Part shown: in pieces, positions 38,081 through 51,387 of the stretch
Layout: every line of letters begins with the position of its first letter
How positions within the stretch are numbered: the stretch's first letter is position 1
Source: Callorhinchus milii
Lineage: Eukaryota
DNA length: 64,000 nucleotides
Assembly: GCF_018977255.1 (NCBI RefSeq)
Contig: NW_024704743.1
Location: 30,568,001-30,632,000, forward strand
Reading direction: 5' to 3'
Made by a program: the position numbers and the translations under genes
Notes under the pieces: model-generated
What the model saw: the letters and a program-made list of their open reading frames with translations, nothing else
Database searches by the model: none
What the model was told of the DNA's origin: nothing

Positions 38081-38574
38081 TTCCCAACATTAATTTATAG
38101 TGGGCATTAAAAAGTCAATCTGTGAATTAGAAGTCCAAAGTTATGAGGCAGCCTTTTCTACAGAAGATACCAATGAGAACAGCGTGGAGGGAGGGGGTGG
38201 GAGAGAGACAAAGAGATCTAGCTTCAACACATTGAGTACAATTAATGTGATAAAGTACCACTATATCCCTCCAATCTCTGCAAACTCTTCGAAGTAGAGG
38301 ATGAAGCAGCAGGTCTGTGGACTGAGCAGAACATTCCATGGTGCAGCTCAGCAATATCACATATTGAAGTTTTAAAACAGCATTTCTCAGCAAATAAACA
38401 ATTATTAAAATGTTCCCTGTAAATGTTACATCGGTGGATTAAAGAAAAATAATTTTAGACTTTCTTTATTAAAATGACTGGTAATAGTACAATGATTAAA
38501 GACAGCTTTACTGACTGAATACCAAGAGTAATGAATTGTGAATTAGTTAGTGGAATTAAGGTCAATTTTGCTGC

Positions 38575-38622
38575 TTCTCAACTTGCGAGGCGAGTGCTCT
38601 AATCACTAAGCTACAGGACTCC
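38575..38622 (-). mobile_element. Family A SINE head only
   Basis: cttgcgaggcgagtgctctaatcactaagctacaggactcc. Confidence 0.8.
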
Positions 38623-39305
38623 ACACCTAAGAGAAACAAACAGCTATCCACTGTTAACTCACAGGTATTCGGGAATATCCAGTTTCAAGCTATGCGGAGA
38701 GGGAAATGGGAAAAATCCAACTAATGCACAAACACTCACAAGTCTCTGACATGTACCCAGTGCTACACGACAGGAATTAACCGTATACTGTTCTCTACTG
38801 TACTACTATAGAATGAGAATCAGAAGGGCTCAGATTGTAGATCCATTGCTCAAGCCTATCAATCTAATCATCCTTATGATATAGTCTGGACTATTAAAGT
38901 CAACACAGTGTCATAAACAAAACAAGGGGGAAAAAAAACAACTTGCATTTATATAGCACCCTTCATGGATGCAGTCTCTCAGCTGGACGCTATCTGCGTG
39001 AAAAAAACATGAAATAAACAGGAAATCAAAGGCAAGAGAGAGGATCAACATAATGGAAGGCGGTCAAACTGAAGAGGTCCCAGCTGTGGTATCTGACAAG
39101 TAGATGGTATTTGGCATGTACATTCAATCAGCAAAGGGTGCAACACTCAGTATGCAGATACTGGTATGATGGAGAAAATCAACAGCTGGCACAAAATTCC
39201 TGATACATTTGCTAAAAGCACTGAGCCAGAAAACTTTATCAGCTGACTTTATTTTTCCCCTTCTAACTTTTTATCTTTATTAAACTTTAAAAATTCACAG
39301 GAAAT

Positions 39306-39465
39306 TATAATAATCCTTGCATTTGATAATTTGCTTTAGCACTTAGTTGAGATGCCTCAATGCGCTTCACACGATGTACTGTAAAGTAAATTGATTATAC
39401 GTTTTGTGGGCGAAACACGGCAGTCAATTGCACACACCAAGTGTCCCACAAACAGTCGTGGAAAT
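39306..39465 (-). mobile_element. Family A SINE 3' half
   Basis: taataatccttgcatttgat...gtgtcccacaaacagtcgtgga. Confidence 0.85.
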
Positions 39466-39719
39466 TGATTTCTCCCTGACTCTTAATTTCAGTTATTTCA
39501 TGGTTTCAAAATTTTACTCTAAATTTCAGGGATTTTGTGAAATCCCTGGTTGCACAACTTTACTGTAACATATATATACTAATCGCCCTCCCTCGAACAT
39601 GGGCTGAGTTTGGTAGATGATCCCACCTAGAGACACAGTGGTGATGTTGGCAACCAAGATGATACAATTTGAGTAATTCAGGACTCTGGCTGAAGGATTA
39701 AGATTCAGCGGGGTGGGGA

Positions 39720-39960
39720 TTTGCCAAGATTGAAGAGCAGGAGAGAAAAAAATAGGTAAGTCAAGGAGACAGAGGGAGGGAAGGAATTCAGTAGATTTGG
39801 GACTATGGGATAAAATGATTTAGAGAAGGAACTGGTGCAATGAGTCTTGATTTCAACACAGTGAGGGTGTGGGGATGACAGAGAATGTGTAGAATGGTGC
39901 ATTTGGATCTTAGAGCTTGAGAAGAAAAGGAGAGGGCAGCTCAGTGGAATATCAAAGCAG
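39720..39960 (-). mobile_element. Old non-LTR retrotransposon C-terminal fragment (CR1-group/Crack-like)
   Basis: Minus peptide HPHCVEIKTHCTSSFSKSFYPIVPNLLNSFPPSV resembles the LINE ORF2 end motif S..SFFP.....WNSLP. Confidence 0.45.
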
Positions 39961-40532
39961 TACGGATAAAATACAGACTAGTAAGAAACAGTGGGACAAG
40001 GAGATAGAGGGAAAGAGAGGGGCTAGAGGCCAAAGACGTAAAAAAATAATATTTTATCATTTTCTTGTATTGTGTCTAGAAGCATTCTAATTTTATTTGA
40101 AATGTAGAGTGCCATTGTATGCAGATACAAGGGCATGGCTCAGTGACATAAAGCTTCGGATGAAGCTAGACATGCACAGAAGAGAACACAGCGGGAGCCC
40201 AGTTTCAATGCTGTCTTTCACACTGCTTTACGCCACTGTTATACTGCTCTTCCTGTGTAACGGTAGCCTAAAGCAGTGTGATGCCTTAACTGGTGTTGTA
40301 GTAGATACTGTTATGATTCTAACTCCGACAATCTGCCAAAGTCAAAGTGTTATTTCTCAGGAAACAAATATTGATCGCTACCCAATAAAGTTGCAATCAT
40401 TTTACCATATGGCCATCACACCTAATGATTGGGGGGAAGAGGGGTATCCTGTCCATGATGACATCCCAAAGGAGGTGAATTTCAGGGCAGGGGTTGCAAT
40501 ACTACGACTGGCTCAGGGTGCTTGAGTTAGAG

Positions 40533-40657
40533 TATCATAGAATCATAGAATTATTAATTACAGAAGGAGGCCATTCGGCCCATCACGTCTGTGCCGGCTC
40601 TTTGAAAAGAGCTCTACAAATGAATTCTATTCCCCACTCTCTCCCCATAGCTCTGCA
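40533..40657 (-). mobile_element. CR1 3' end
   Basis: tatcatagaatcatagaatt...gaaggaggccattcggccc. Confidence 0.88.
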
Positions 40658-40989
40658 ATGGGGAGCTTTAAATCAGCTGTGTTTGTCTGCAAAAAATACA
40701 GTCACTCTACTTTACAATGCATCCTGTGAAACGTTTTCAGAAGTCCTCCCAACGTGAAAGGCGCTGAGTCAAATGTAAGGATTATTATTATTTAGTCAAA
40801 GAGCCTGCCAACCTTCACAGTCACACACACACGAATAATGCCCTTGGGTGAGGCAGTCCTAGCAACTGTGAAACCACACCCCAAGACAATGAAATAAGAG
40901 CCGAAAAATGTCAGGTGGGGGTTGGAGAAAACTGGAGAACAAAAATTGACAGAAAACCAAACAAATAAAAAAATCACCCAATGACATTA

Positions 40990-41840
40990 TTATGTGGAGA
41001 GACTTGGATTATTATCCTTAGAGCAGGGAAGGTTGAGGGGAGATTCAATAGAGGTGTTCAAAACTATGAGGGGACTTAGCATGGCAATGGGTTTACGTAT
41101 GTGTAGATACCCAGCTGACCAAAAAAAATAAGATAGGGTGAAACTGTTTCCTCTATAGGGTCGGTCTGTAACTAGAGGATACAGATATAAGATAATTGGC
41201 AACAGAACCAGAGGGGAGACGAGGAGAATTTTTTTTACTAAGCAAGTTGTTAACATCTGGAATGCACTGCCTGAAAGGTGGTGGAAGCAGATTCAATAAT
41301 AAATTTCGAAACGGAATTGGATAGGTACTGAAAAAATAAAAATTTGCAGGACTATGGGGTAATAGCGGGGGAGTGTGGCACATTGGTAGCGCTTTCATCT
41401 CCCCCTCCTCCGACCTCCTATCAGCCTGTCCGCTCCCTCCCTTCAGCGGACATCAGCCTGCTTCAGGTCACCCATACTTCCCGCCCACCATTAGCGGTTG
41501 GGCATTTAGCATCTCTGCCCTCACACTTTGGAACTCTATCCAGAGCTCTAGCCTCCACCTCACCCCTTCTCTTGCCTTCTTCAAGTCCCATCTAAAGACC
41601 TTCCTGTTGGACCATGCCTTCAGCCACCCTTCCATCCCCACCCTGCCCTCCACGCCTCCTGACCCCCAATTCCCAGCTCGGGTCCAAAAAACCTGATTAT
41701 CCAGGACGTCTTTCCGATGTGAAGGGCGCAATACAAGTATAATTTGTCGTTGTTTCAAAGAGCTTGCCGAGGCACAATGCGCCAAATAATAATAATAATA
41801 ATAAAATAGCCTTCTGTGCTGTAGGACTCTTATGATTCTA
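40990..41840 (+). mobile_element. CR1 3' region interrupted by an L2 3' fragment (~41393-41753)
   Basis: gagggg agattcaatagaggtgttcaaaactatgagggg; tggaatgcactgcctg; terminal ttctgtgctgta...tatgattcta resumes at ~41808. Confidence 0.85.
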
Positions 41841-42403
41841 ATTGTTCAGGCTGTGACAAATCTTTTTAAGTCTCCAGATTCTTTGAGCAATTTTTACACA
41901 CAGTGCAAGGTGATAAAGCATCCAGAGTTCTTTATAGCCTGACAATAAGTGTCCCTGACAAGTCTTTGGAAAACTCCATAACACATTCGTGGGAACTAAT
42001 AAAGAGCCTTTAAATACAAATCACCAGGGTTTGAAATTCAGTCAAATTCACTAAAGAAAGAAAGAAAGCAGCAACAACATGGACTTGTCTCCAGTGCTTT
42101 ACAGTAATTACTATCACATGTAGGATCGGTTCTGTGTAGCCAGAAATGACAGCCATTTTGTGTGCAACAAAGTCCCACAAGCAGCCGTGAAGTAAACAAC
42201 AACAACAGCACTGCACTGGTGTGTCAGCCCAGACTGTGAGCTTAAAGTCCTGAAATAGCAAGCCATGTTCTGCAACAACAACAACAACTTGCATTTATAT
42301 AGGACCCCTCATGAATGGTAGTGTCCAAGAGCGTTTGCTCTGAAGGGATAAATTCTGGAGCCTTGAGTTTAGTTTTGTGATCCTGAGCCGGATCTGGGGC
42401 CGT

Positions 42404-44098
42404 CAACAACAACAACAACAAGATTCCATTTATAGAGCGCCGTTCACGTCAGGAGGACGTCCCAAGGCGCTGGACAGTTGAGTCAGGACCTGAGCAGGGG
42501 GGAAATGGTCAGGGTGAGGGGAGGGAAGGGAGGGAGCGAGGAGGGGGTAGAGAGTCGAGAGGGGAACTGAAGGCTCGGTCAAAGAGAAAGGTCTTGAGAC
42601 CGGCCTTGAAGGAGGAAAGGGAGGAGGCGGCGAAGGCACTGGAGGATAGAGTTCCAGAGCCTGGGGGCTGAGAGGCTGAAGGCCCGACCACCGATAGTAG
42701 GGCTGTTGGGGCGGGGGATGTGGAGCAGACCGGAGCCAGAGGAACGGAGGGTACGGGCAGGTAGGTAGGGGGATAGTAAGTCGGAGAGGTAGGAGGGAGC
42801 AAGGCCGTGAATGGCCTTGTAGGTGAGGATGAGGATCTTGAATTCGATCCTCTGGGGAATGGGGAGCCAGTGGAGGCGAGCGAGGGTGGGAGTGATGTGG
42901 TCGCGAAGCCTGGTGCGGGACAGTACACGAGCTGCAGAGTTCTGAATGATCTGCAGCTTGTGGAGGGAGGTGCCGGGAAGGTCGACGAGGAGAGAGTTCC
43001 CATAGTCCAGCCTTGAGGTGATAAAGGCGTGGACCAGAGTTTCAGCAGCGTGAGGCGTGAGGTAGTGCCGTAGTCTGGCGACATTCTGGAGGTGATGGAA
43101 GGCGGTGCCAGTTGTGGCGCGGATATTAGGGAGAAAGGACAGCTCAGGGTCGAACAGAACGGCGAGGTTCCTGATTGGCTTTGAGAGGTGGAGAGTGCAG
43201 CCTTGGATGCTGATGCTGTCAGCGCCTGAGGTGCGGAGGCACTGACGTGAGCCAATCAGGAGGGCCTCAGTTTTGCGCACGTTGAGCTGAAGAAAGTTGT
43301 CTCTCGTCCAGGACTCGATATTGGACAGGCTGTCAGGACATTGGTGGTCGTGGAGTTGAGGGTAGAGGAGGAAAGGTAGAGTTGGGTGTCATCCGCATAC
43401 ATGTGGAAGTTAACCCCATGTCTGCGGATGATGTCACCAAGGGGGAGCATGTAGAGGGTGAAGAGGAGGGGACCGAGGACAGAGCCCTAAGGGACGCCGC
43501 ACAAGACAGTGCGGGGGCCGGAGGAAAAGCCGTTTGTGGAAACAAATGAAGACGGTGGGAGAGGTACGACCTAAACCACTCAAGGACAGGGCCTTGAAGG
43601 TTGAGGTGGAGGACAAGCGGTGGAGGAGGATAGCGTGGTCGACCGTATCGAATGCTGCCGATAGGTCGAGGAGGACGAGGAGGCAGAGGGAGCCCTAGTC
43701 GCAGATGGTCAGGATGTCATTGGTGACCTTGACCAGGGCGGTTTCTGTGCTGTGGGCAGCACAGAAACCCAACTGAAGGGGTTCGAATAATGAATGGGTG
43801 GAGAGGAAAGAGCGCAGCTGGGAGGCGACTCTTTTGAGGACCTTGGACAGGAAGGGGAGGTTGGAGATGGGCCGGTAGCTTGATAGCTGCGACGCATCAA
43901 GGGAGGATTTTTTCAAACTGGGAGTGATGGTGGCAGTTTTTAGGGGAATGGGAACAGAGCCAGAGGAGAGGGACAGGTTGATGATGTCTGTGATATGTGG
44001 GGCAAGGAGGTGGAGCTGACAGATAAGGAGTGGAGTGGGGATGGGGTCAAGGGAGCAGGTGGTGGGTTTCAGGGATAGGATGAGTTTGGTGACAGAGG
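42404..44098 (-). mobile_element. L2 LINE, relatively young, 5'-truncated (RT domain + tail)
   Basis: [69 protein letters not shown]; (CAA)n tail. Confidence 0.97.
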
Positions 44099-44689
44099 AT
44101 CCGTCGGATCCAGGGCTGGTCTGAGAGGCCCCTTCTCCAGTTGGACGGACAGCTATTTCATTAGTCGTCATTTGGAGAGCTAGGCAATCCGATGCTCTTT
44201 ATATTAGCAGTACCTTCTTACTTCCTTTCTCAGGCTCGTTTTTGTAATCGCTAACAGAAGACAGGGACATTGTTTTCTGATTTACTCACGCAACATTACC
44301 TATCTTGTTGGGAAGCAACCTCGGCTTCACTGTGGGTACAGATTTACTGCTGGCTTGACACTGAAATCATCTCAAGCGCGTAACACAGTTCAATTATGAA
44401 TCAATGACATTTACAATAACGTGCTTGGATTTCAATTGAATGCAGAGAATGATTAATACAGGAAACATAGTTGTTTGAACAAAACTGTGACAATTTGTAA
44501 AGCCCTTGCAATAAACAGCCCCCTGATTATTTTTATCACACTCACAGAAAAGAGCTACCATTTTCATGTGGACTCAGCCACTGTCACTGGAGGGAAGTGG
44601 AATTGACAGGTTACCAATGGTGTGAGATGTACAATAGTACTAAAAGCTGCTGAAGCATGCAGAGATTATAGCACAGGTGGTGTGATGCT

Positions 44690-45310
44690 AGCTCTTACAA
44701 CAGAGCTAACTCCTTTAAATCAATTCCCTGTTCCCTTCCTATATACTCCAATGTACTCTTCTTCAAATATTTATCCACTTCCCTGTTGAATGTTATGGTC
44801 TCACCTCAAACAGCTACTTCTGGCAACACATTCCAAGTTCCAATATACACAGCATGAAAACGTTTCTATAAACCATCCCCTGAACTCTTCCAGTAATACT
44901 TCTGTGGTGTTCCCCTCTTGTTACCAATTTACTATCCAATGCAAGTAATCCATAACTGTTTATTCTCTCAAAAGCTCTCAGAAGTTGTAAAACCTCCACA
45001 GATCCCCTCTTAAACTACTTTTTCAATGAAAATAACCAAGTTTTTTTTTGAGCTTCTGCTTCCAATTATAACTGTTCAAACCTAACACCATCCTTGTGAA
45101 TCGACACGATGCCCTTTCTATGGCTCATCTGAAATGAACTGCTCAGTACTGCATGTATTGCTCCAATCAATGCCTAACCATCGTCTTGTACACGTTTAGC
45201 ATCAATTACTTGCTTTTGTATTCAATGCCCCTACATCCAGTATAAAATTGAGAATTTCATTCATTTTTTCACGGCCTTTTATACCTGCACTCCCACCTTT
45301 AAAGATCTTT
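44690..45310 (-). mobile_element. Old CR1 3' region
   Basis: Co-linear decayed similarity to 12567-13300 (cacagatcccctcttaa, ccatccttgtgaatc, aactgctcagtact). Confidence 0.75.
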
Positions 45311-46112
45311 TAAAACTATTAAACATTAAACATGAAGTGGAGGGGTGTTGTTTTCTCAGTGTAGATGACTGAATAAAAGCTCTCTGTGAAAGAGCTGCAT
45401 TTATTAGTCAGCAAAGGAACAGAGGAATTACATTGTTCCCAAAAACTCAGTTTAGCCCCTGGCAATGCAGAGGACTATGTTGACGTCTAGTTTGCATTTA
45501 GCTATTTGCAAGATTTGCATTCAAAATTGGTCAGAAACGCTGCAGGTAAAACAGTAAAAGCGCAGTTTGGGGCAAAAGATCACCAAGCGATTTATTTGCA
45601 CTGGAGCTCGGCTACAGAGACCAGCATCTGGGAAAGATGGTCCAGCAGCACATCTATTCTCACTGCAAAGGTACAAATATCATCCAGCACAAAATCAATT
45701 CAGCCTTTGCTTAAAAATGGTCATTAAAGGCCTTTGGTACACCAATGTTAAAGACATCCTTTTAAAATAAAATGCAGTTGCATAGCAGTTTCTTCAATAA
45801 AATCATCACGTAAAAACTTAGGGTCAGAAGAAGGCTCATTGACCCTGCTCTGGTCAGACCATTCATTGGCCCTTCTACCACAGTAGAACAGCCCCATATT
45901 CCCTCAACATTTTTATTCCTTGAGTATCTGTCCTCTCTCTTGAATCTCTCCACTAATTTCTGGTCTCTGGCTTCCTGAAGTTAGCTTGTCGGTGTAGCTC
46001 AGAGCCTAGCTGCACATATGCAACCAAATTCCAGGATTTTTGTTCTGAATCTGATGCTGCATTTACTTCGAGCTGCAATAAGCCAAACATGGAGTTACCC
46101 AGCAAACATACA

Positions 46113-46420
46113 GGAGTCCTGTAGCTCAGTGGTTAGAGGACTCGCCTCACAAGCAAGAGACTCGGGTTCGATTCCCGGCAGGGTGAAACCTTGGGCAAGT
46201 TTCCTTACTCCACACGCCTGATAATAATCCCTCAAGAAAAGAAATAAAATTGGTCACTTCAATCCACAACTGTTTGTGGGACACTGCTGTGCGCATTTGA
46301 CTGCTGCGTTTCACCCACAAATATACAGCCAATTCACTTTACAGTAAATTACAGTAAATGTGAAGCACTTTAAACATTTAGAAGACGTGAAAAGTGCTAT
46401 ATCAAATGCAAGGATTATTA
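46113..46420 (+). mobile_element. Family A SINE with internal deletion
   Basis: ggagtcctgtagctcagtggttagagg...gggttcgattccc intact A/B boxes; tail atcaaatgcaaggattatta. Confidence 0.92.
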
Positions 46421-46765
46421 ATATAAACAAACAGGAACACTGTGAGAAATGACTGAATGCAAGCAGGGGTCCTTGACAATTACAGTGGGCCATTATAATA
46501 CAGTGCTGTTTTGGTTATAACATGGATGAAAAGTGAATATCCCTTTGGATTGCCTCCTCTTTGCCCATCTTCAGATCAAATATAAAGACCTTTTTCTTCG
46601 ACCACCTGGGGTCATCTCCCACCTCTACCCAGCTCGGCATCAAGCTCCGCCACTATTAAGTACACCGTAATTCTACCTCGCGTGAAGGCCGCTATATAAA
46701 TACAAGTTGTTGTTGTTGGATCTGATGTGGATGCTATTCACTATGCCAGCTGGCTCTCACCCTGA

Positions 46766-47181
46766 AATAATGATAATAATCCTTGCATTAGATATAGAGC
46801 TTAATCACAACTTCGAGAAGTCTCAAAGTGCTTCACAGAATATACTGTAAAGTAAATTGACCATATATTTTGTTGGGCAAAACATGGTAGCCAAGTGCTC
46901 ACAGCAGTGTCCCACAAATGGTCATGGATTGAAGTACCAATTTATTATTATTATTATTTTTTGAAGGATTTATTACCCCCAGAAAAGCGATTCCCCAATC
47001 GACTAACAACCGGGTTCCTGCTGAGTTGAAGTGACCAATTTATCGTTTGTTTTTTTTTGCTTGAGGGATTATTATCAAGTGTGCTGCGTAAGGAAACTTG
47101 CCCAACTTTTTGCCCGGCAGGGAATCAAACTCAGGTCTCTTGCTTGCGAGGCGAGTGCTCTAACCACTGAGCTACAGGACT
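46766..47181 (-). mobile_element. Family A SINE, rearranged/composite
   Basis: Tail at left, head at right; gaagt(g)accaattta block occurs twice (~46931, ~47028). Confidence 0.88.
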
Positions 47182-47300
47182 TGACAGAAATGACTGACTT
47201 TGGTTCATTAGGGCAGTGCCGACATCACTTCCTGCTTTGCGCATGCGGAGCACAGAAAGTGACATCAGGGCGACCCGATAGCTGGGGTCATTTTTTTTAG
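47182..47300. repeat. Multi-hairpin repeat (same type as 10605, 52393)
   Basis: atcacttcctgctttgcgcatgcggagcacagaaagtgac. Confidence 0.55.
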
Positions 47301-47829
47301 CACAGGAGGAAAGGTGGCCAATGGTGCACATGTGTAGAGAAATAGCTTTGTTATAGTGCATTATAAGCCTTGTTATAGGACTTCACTGTATAAACATACT
47401 GTACGAGTTTTGCAACGTCGCCAAGCATATAAATAAGCAGAAATTTATAGAAAGATGAAACTCACAATCCTGGTTTCACGGTATCTAGAACTGAAGAGGA
47501 ATAATGCAGCCTTTAAGTGTACAATACATTCCTGTATTAAGTGCATTATAAAGTGTACAACATGCCTTGCAGACACTAGAGAACATCAGTTTTTCTGCTC
47601 ATTATAATTTTATTTGATGGCAGGAGCTGACTAAATTCAGAGCTCTTGGTAGGGGTCTGTTTCCTTGAGGCCAAAAGAAAAACTTAATGGAATTCCCACA
47701 TTTTTTATAAGGGTTCCTGGAGGCTCCCAAACATACCTTGTAGTTTGCTGCACTGTAGTTCCACCATTGAGATTTGTACGGCAGCATTGACTTTACCTGC
47801 CCCAGGTGCAGGAAGCAAAGTCATGGGAG

Positions 47830-47860
<31 letters not shown>

Positions 47861-48120
47861 GTTGCTTAGACTGATCCTCCAATATCCTCCCTCACTGTGA
47901 GGGAGGTGAGTGGAGTACCCCTGGGGTTACGCTGAAAGCGAGGATAAGCCAAGTAAAGGCAATTAGGTCTACAATTATCCAAGGCAACAAGGATGTTTAG
48001 ACATGCCATTATCCTGTAAGCAAAAGCCCTAATGGGTAGGAGGACCATCCCTGTGCTGCTTGGCTTCCAATTATTAAGATGCTATCTCATCATGGCACCA
48101 GCAACCTCTCTGACATCTGT

Positions 48121-48492
48121 GGAGTCCTGTAGCTCAGTAGTTAGAGCACTTGTCTTGCAAGCAAGCAACGTGGGTTCGATTCCTGGCAAGACAAAATGTT
48201 GGGCAAGCTTCCTTACTCCAAACCCCTCTGTTTACCTAGCAGTAAGTAGAAACCCGGTTATTAGTCGATTGGCAGAGCCATTTTCCAGGGATAATAACTC
48301 ATTAAAAAAAATAAACTGGTCACTCAATCCACTACTGTTTGTGGGACACTACTATGCTCGATTGGATGCCACGTTTCATCCACAAAATATACAGTCAATT
48401 CACTTGACAGTATATTCTGTGAAGTGCTTTGAGACCGCTTGAAGACGTGATAAGACCTTATATCAAATACAAGGATTATTCTTATTATTATT
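48121..48492 (+). mobile_element. Family A SINE, full length
   Basis: Head, CORE-like body, 3' half and (ATT)n tail. Confidence 0.92.
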
Positions 48493-49059
48493 CTTTCACT
48501 TCCCATGAGGAAAAAATTGGGCTGCACATCTTCAATGAGAGGGAAATAGAGAATTCACATTTGAGAAAACAACAACCATTGCTCCACAATGGGTGGGACA
48601 TCAACACTTGACCACAGACCGCAAATTAAACATTGTTCATGCCTTCTGAAGCAAACACTATGTATTCATTCACTTACTGACATTGATTGTATTATTAGAC
48701 TGATTACACAACACTTGCAAGTGTGAGATAGCCCCATCTCCGATGTGGGTTGTTTAAACAGACATTGCAGCTCATAAGAAATATATGTCCTTTTTGCTAT
48801 CTAATACCACTTTCACCTTGGAAGTTCTGGGGTCTTGAAGTGTGGTGGGAAAGAGGAGCTGACATTTTTACTTTACTTCCTGACTATTCAGATAGCTTAA
48901 GGGGATGTCTTGATGTTATCACCTCAGTATTGTACTCAATAGACCTAACCACACCTTCTTAAGGTCTCTGCAGCAGGCCCCAGTGCAAAGTGATAAGACA
49001 GTCTTGTGCCTCAAACTTATTTTTTATTGTTTTTCACATATTTCGCTGAATGAAGGGAG

Positions 49060-49372
49060 TGGTCAGATTGATACAGTTTAAGGAGGTGGCAGAGGTAGGG
49101 TGGGGCAAAACTGTGAAGGGATTTGAAGGTGAGGACGAGGATCTTGAACTTCCTCCTGACGTGAAAGGCGCTTTATAAATGGAATCTTGTTGTTGTTGTT
49201 GTTGTTGATCCACTGGGGGATAGGGAGTCAGTGGAGCCTAATGAGGATGGGAGTGATAGGCTCGTGGAGCCTGGTGTGGGAGAGGAAACAAGCTGCAGAG
49301 TTCTGGATAGTCTGTAGCTCGTGTAGGGAAAAGCTGGGGAGTCCAGCGAGGAGAGGATTTGCGTAATAGACA
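49060..49372 (-). mobile_element. L2 fragment with nested 55-bp plus-strand L2 tail (49151-49207)
   Basis: Host atcttgaact|tgatcc is split by tcctcctgacgtgaaaggcgc...(gtt)n. Confidence 0.85.
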
Positions 49373-49842
49373 TCCATGTCCTCGTGGATCTTGCCAAATG
49401 GCTCCAACTAAATGGCTTTTCAATACCACCTGTAAGTGGAGGCAATGGGAGATAAGAGATGTGGGAGTTGAAGCGAGGCATCCATCGCACCCATTTTACA
49501 ATACAACTCATTGCCTAAAGCAAGCATGCCTCTGGAGACAACGCAGCTATGTAAAGGCACTTTAAGTAGTGACATTGTGAACCCTCCATTTGGGAGAAAT
49601 TCTATCTGGATCTACGATTTACTCTATTTATGTAGCATTTCAGAGTTTTAGAATTTAGCAAATTCTTAAGGTCAACTTTAAATTTTAAAAACTATTTTTC
49701 CATATGTTCTTTCCAGACCTACAGCCTTCTTTATTTAGAGGGTAATAAACAACTGGAAAAGGTAACTAGGAAGGATTAGTTGAGACCAGGACGCTTGACT
49801 AATTTAAAATAACAGCTTGATGCTGCAATTAGAAAATGGTAG

Positions 49843-50082
49843 TAGGCTGACCATAAGCCCCAATTTCCAGGGACAGTCCCCAGATGAGGTATTGTCCCTG
49901 GCCAAATCTGCCCTGTTTTGAGTTCAGCAATAAAATGAGCAACAATTACATTTGAAAACAGATACATTCATCAGAGAAATAAAGCCATTAATCCAACAGG
50001 CTTCTCCAGTACTGCATCAGGAAATGTGGTGAGTTAAATTGTTTTAATATGTGTCCCCGGTTTACAGAATATGGTCACTCTA
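49843..50082. mobile_element. hAT (Tip100-like) MITE remnant
   Basis: TIRs TAGGCTGACCATA ... TATGGTCACTCTA, subterminal gggac/gtccc motifs; no TSD preserved. Confidence 0.6.
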
Positions 50083-50788
50083 CCCTAGGATGTGTATTCT
50101 AGAAGCATAACATCCAATGGGCTAAATGGCTTTCTTCATCTGATCTTCTGTGGTGATCTTGTGAAAATACAACTTAACAAGAAGCAACCAAACAAGTCTC
50201 TCTTTTTCTCTCTCCCCCGTACGTATCTGCCTCGTTAACAGGCAGCGTTTACTGGGTTGCAATAACAACACGATCTATCAGGCTGCACCTGCAGTAACTG
50301 TGTGTTTATAATGTGGCTTTGGCTGACGTTATTGAAACTGTTCTCATGTATAGATGAAGGATGTGGGCAAACACGCATTACAAATGCAGTTATTCATAGC
50401 AAAGAGGACGCGTCTCGGGAGAAGTAAAAGAAAAAACAGAAAAAAACATGACCCTGCAGTTTCACCAGCACAACTTGTCAAGAGAAAGGAATTGTAATCA
50501 ACAATCCCCCAAATAAAAACTGGCCATTCACTTCAATGTGGAGCTTCGTTGTGCGCAAATTAGCTGCTGAGTTTGTCTTCAAAATACACAGTCACTACAC
50601 CTTAAAGTGTATCCTGTGAAGCACGTTGAGGCATCCCCCAGATGCAAAAGACCCAATACCAAATGTAAAGAATACTTTATTTCATTTACACATTTGAAGA
50701 AAGTAGCATGTCGGAGCCAGTGTTGGCAGTATCCATGAATGCACAGACATCTCAAGCTGTTTTGGCTTTTTTCCCTTTCTATTGTCGT

Positions 50789-50965
50789 AGTTCCAGTCAC
50801 CCTCTGGTGTCTCACACAAGTGACAATTACTATATCAGTGAGTGAGTGGTGGCAGGTTATTGACCATATGGAGATGCCACAGCACCGTTAAGAGCTGATC
50901 CCTCGCTCAGCTGTTCACACACTTCCCAAGAAGGGACAGGATGATTGGGGCGAGAGGGGAACAGT
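50789..50965 (-). mobile_element. AmnSINE2-like 3' half
   Basis: Reverse complement aligns to 34250-34420 and 10380-10480 blocks. Confidence 0.6.
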
Positions 50966-51387
50966 TATATTACTGACCTAGAAACGCGTTCCGGCTTTAA
51001 TCCCAGAGACACAAACGAAAGAGGGTCAGTATTCTGAAGGGAATGCTCACATTCACCTGCATTGTTTTGCAAATACAGATTTGCACCAGGTATTTTACTG
51101 TCTTTATGCCCTGCGAGCAACTTCATTTTGCATTAATATGCTTTTTCGCTGGTTACATGTGTAAAGATGATGGCATTCCTTCCTGTCAGATATTAACTTC
51201 ATCGGTTGCTGACTGTAAATTAATAGTCATGATCATTGCCACAGTAGGTGCCATTTGCATATATTTCTGCATTATTGATGCCAATTCCTGGTTATCTCCA
51301 TCTCATAGAGTAGAATCCCATCATAACATTGTTCATTATAATGCAGATTCACTTATAGCGCGATTGATGTGTGGAATCCCATTCATA

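Noticed and set aside
46113..46190. tRNA-Ala(TGC)-like sequences here and at 6409, 7540-7611, 18140-18214, 48121, 62547
   Set aside because: They are SINE heads continuous with the SINE body and lack a proper acceptor stem; not tRNA genes.
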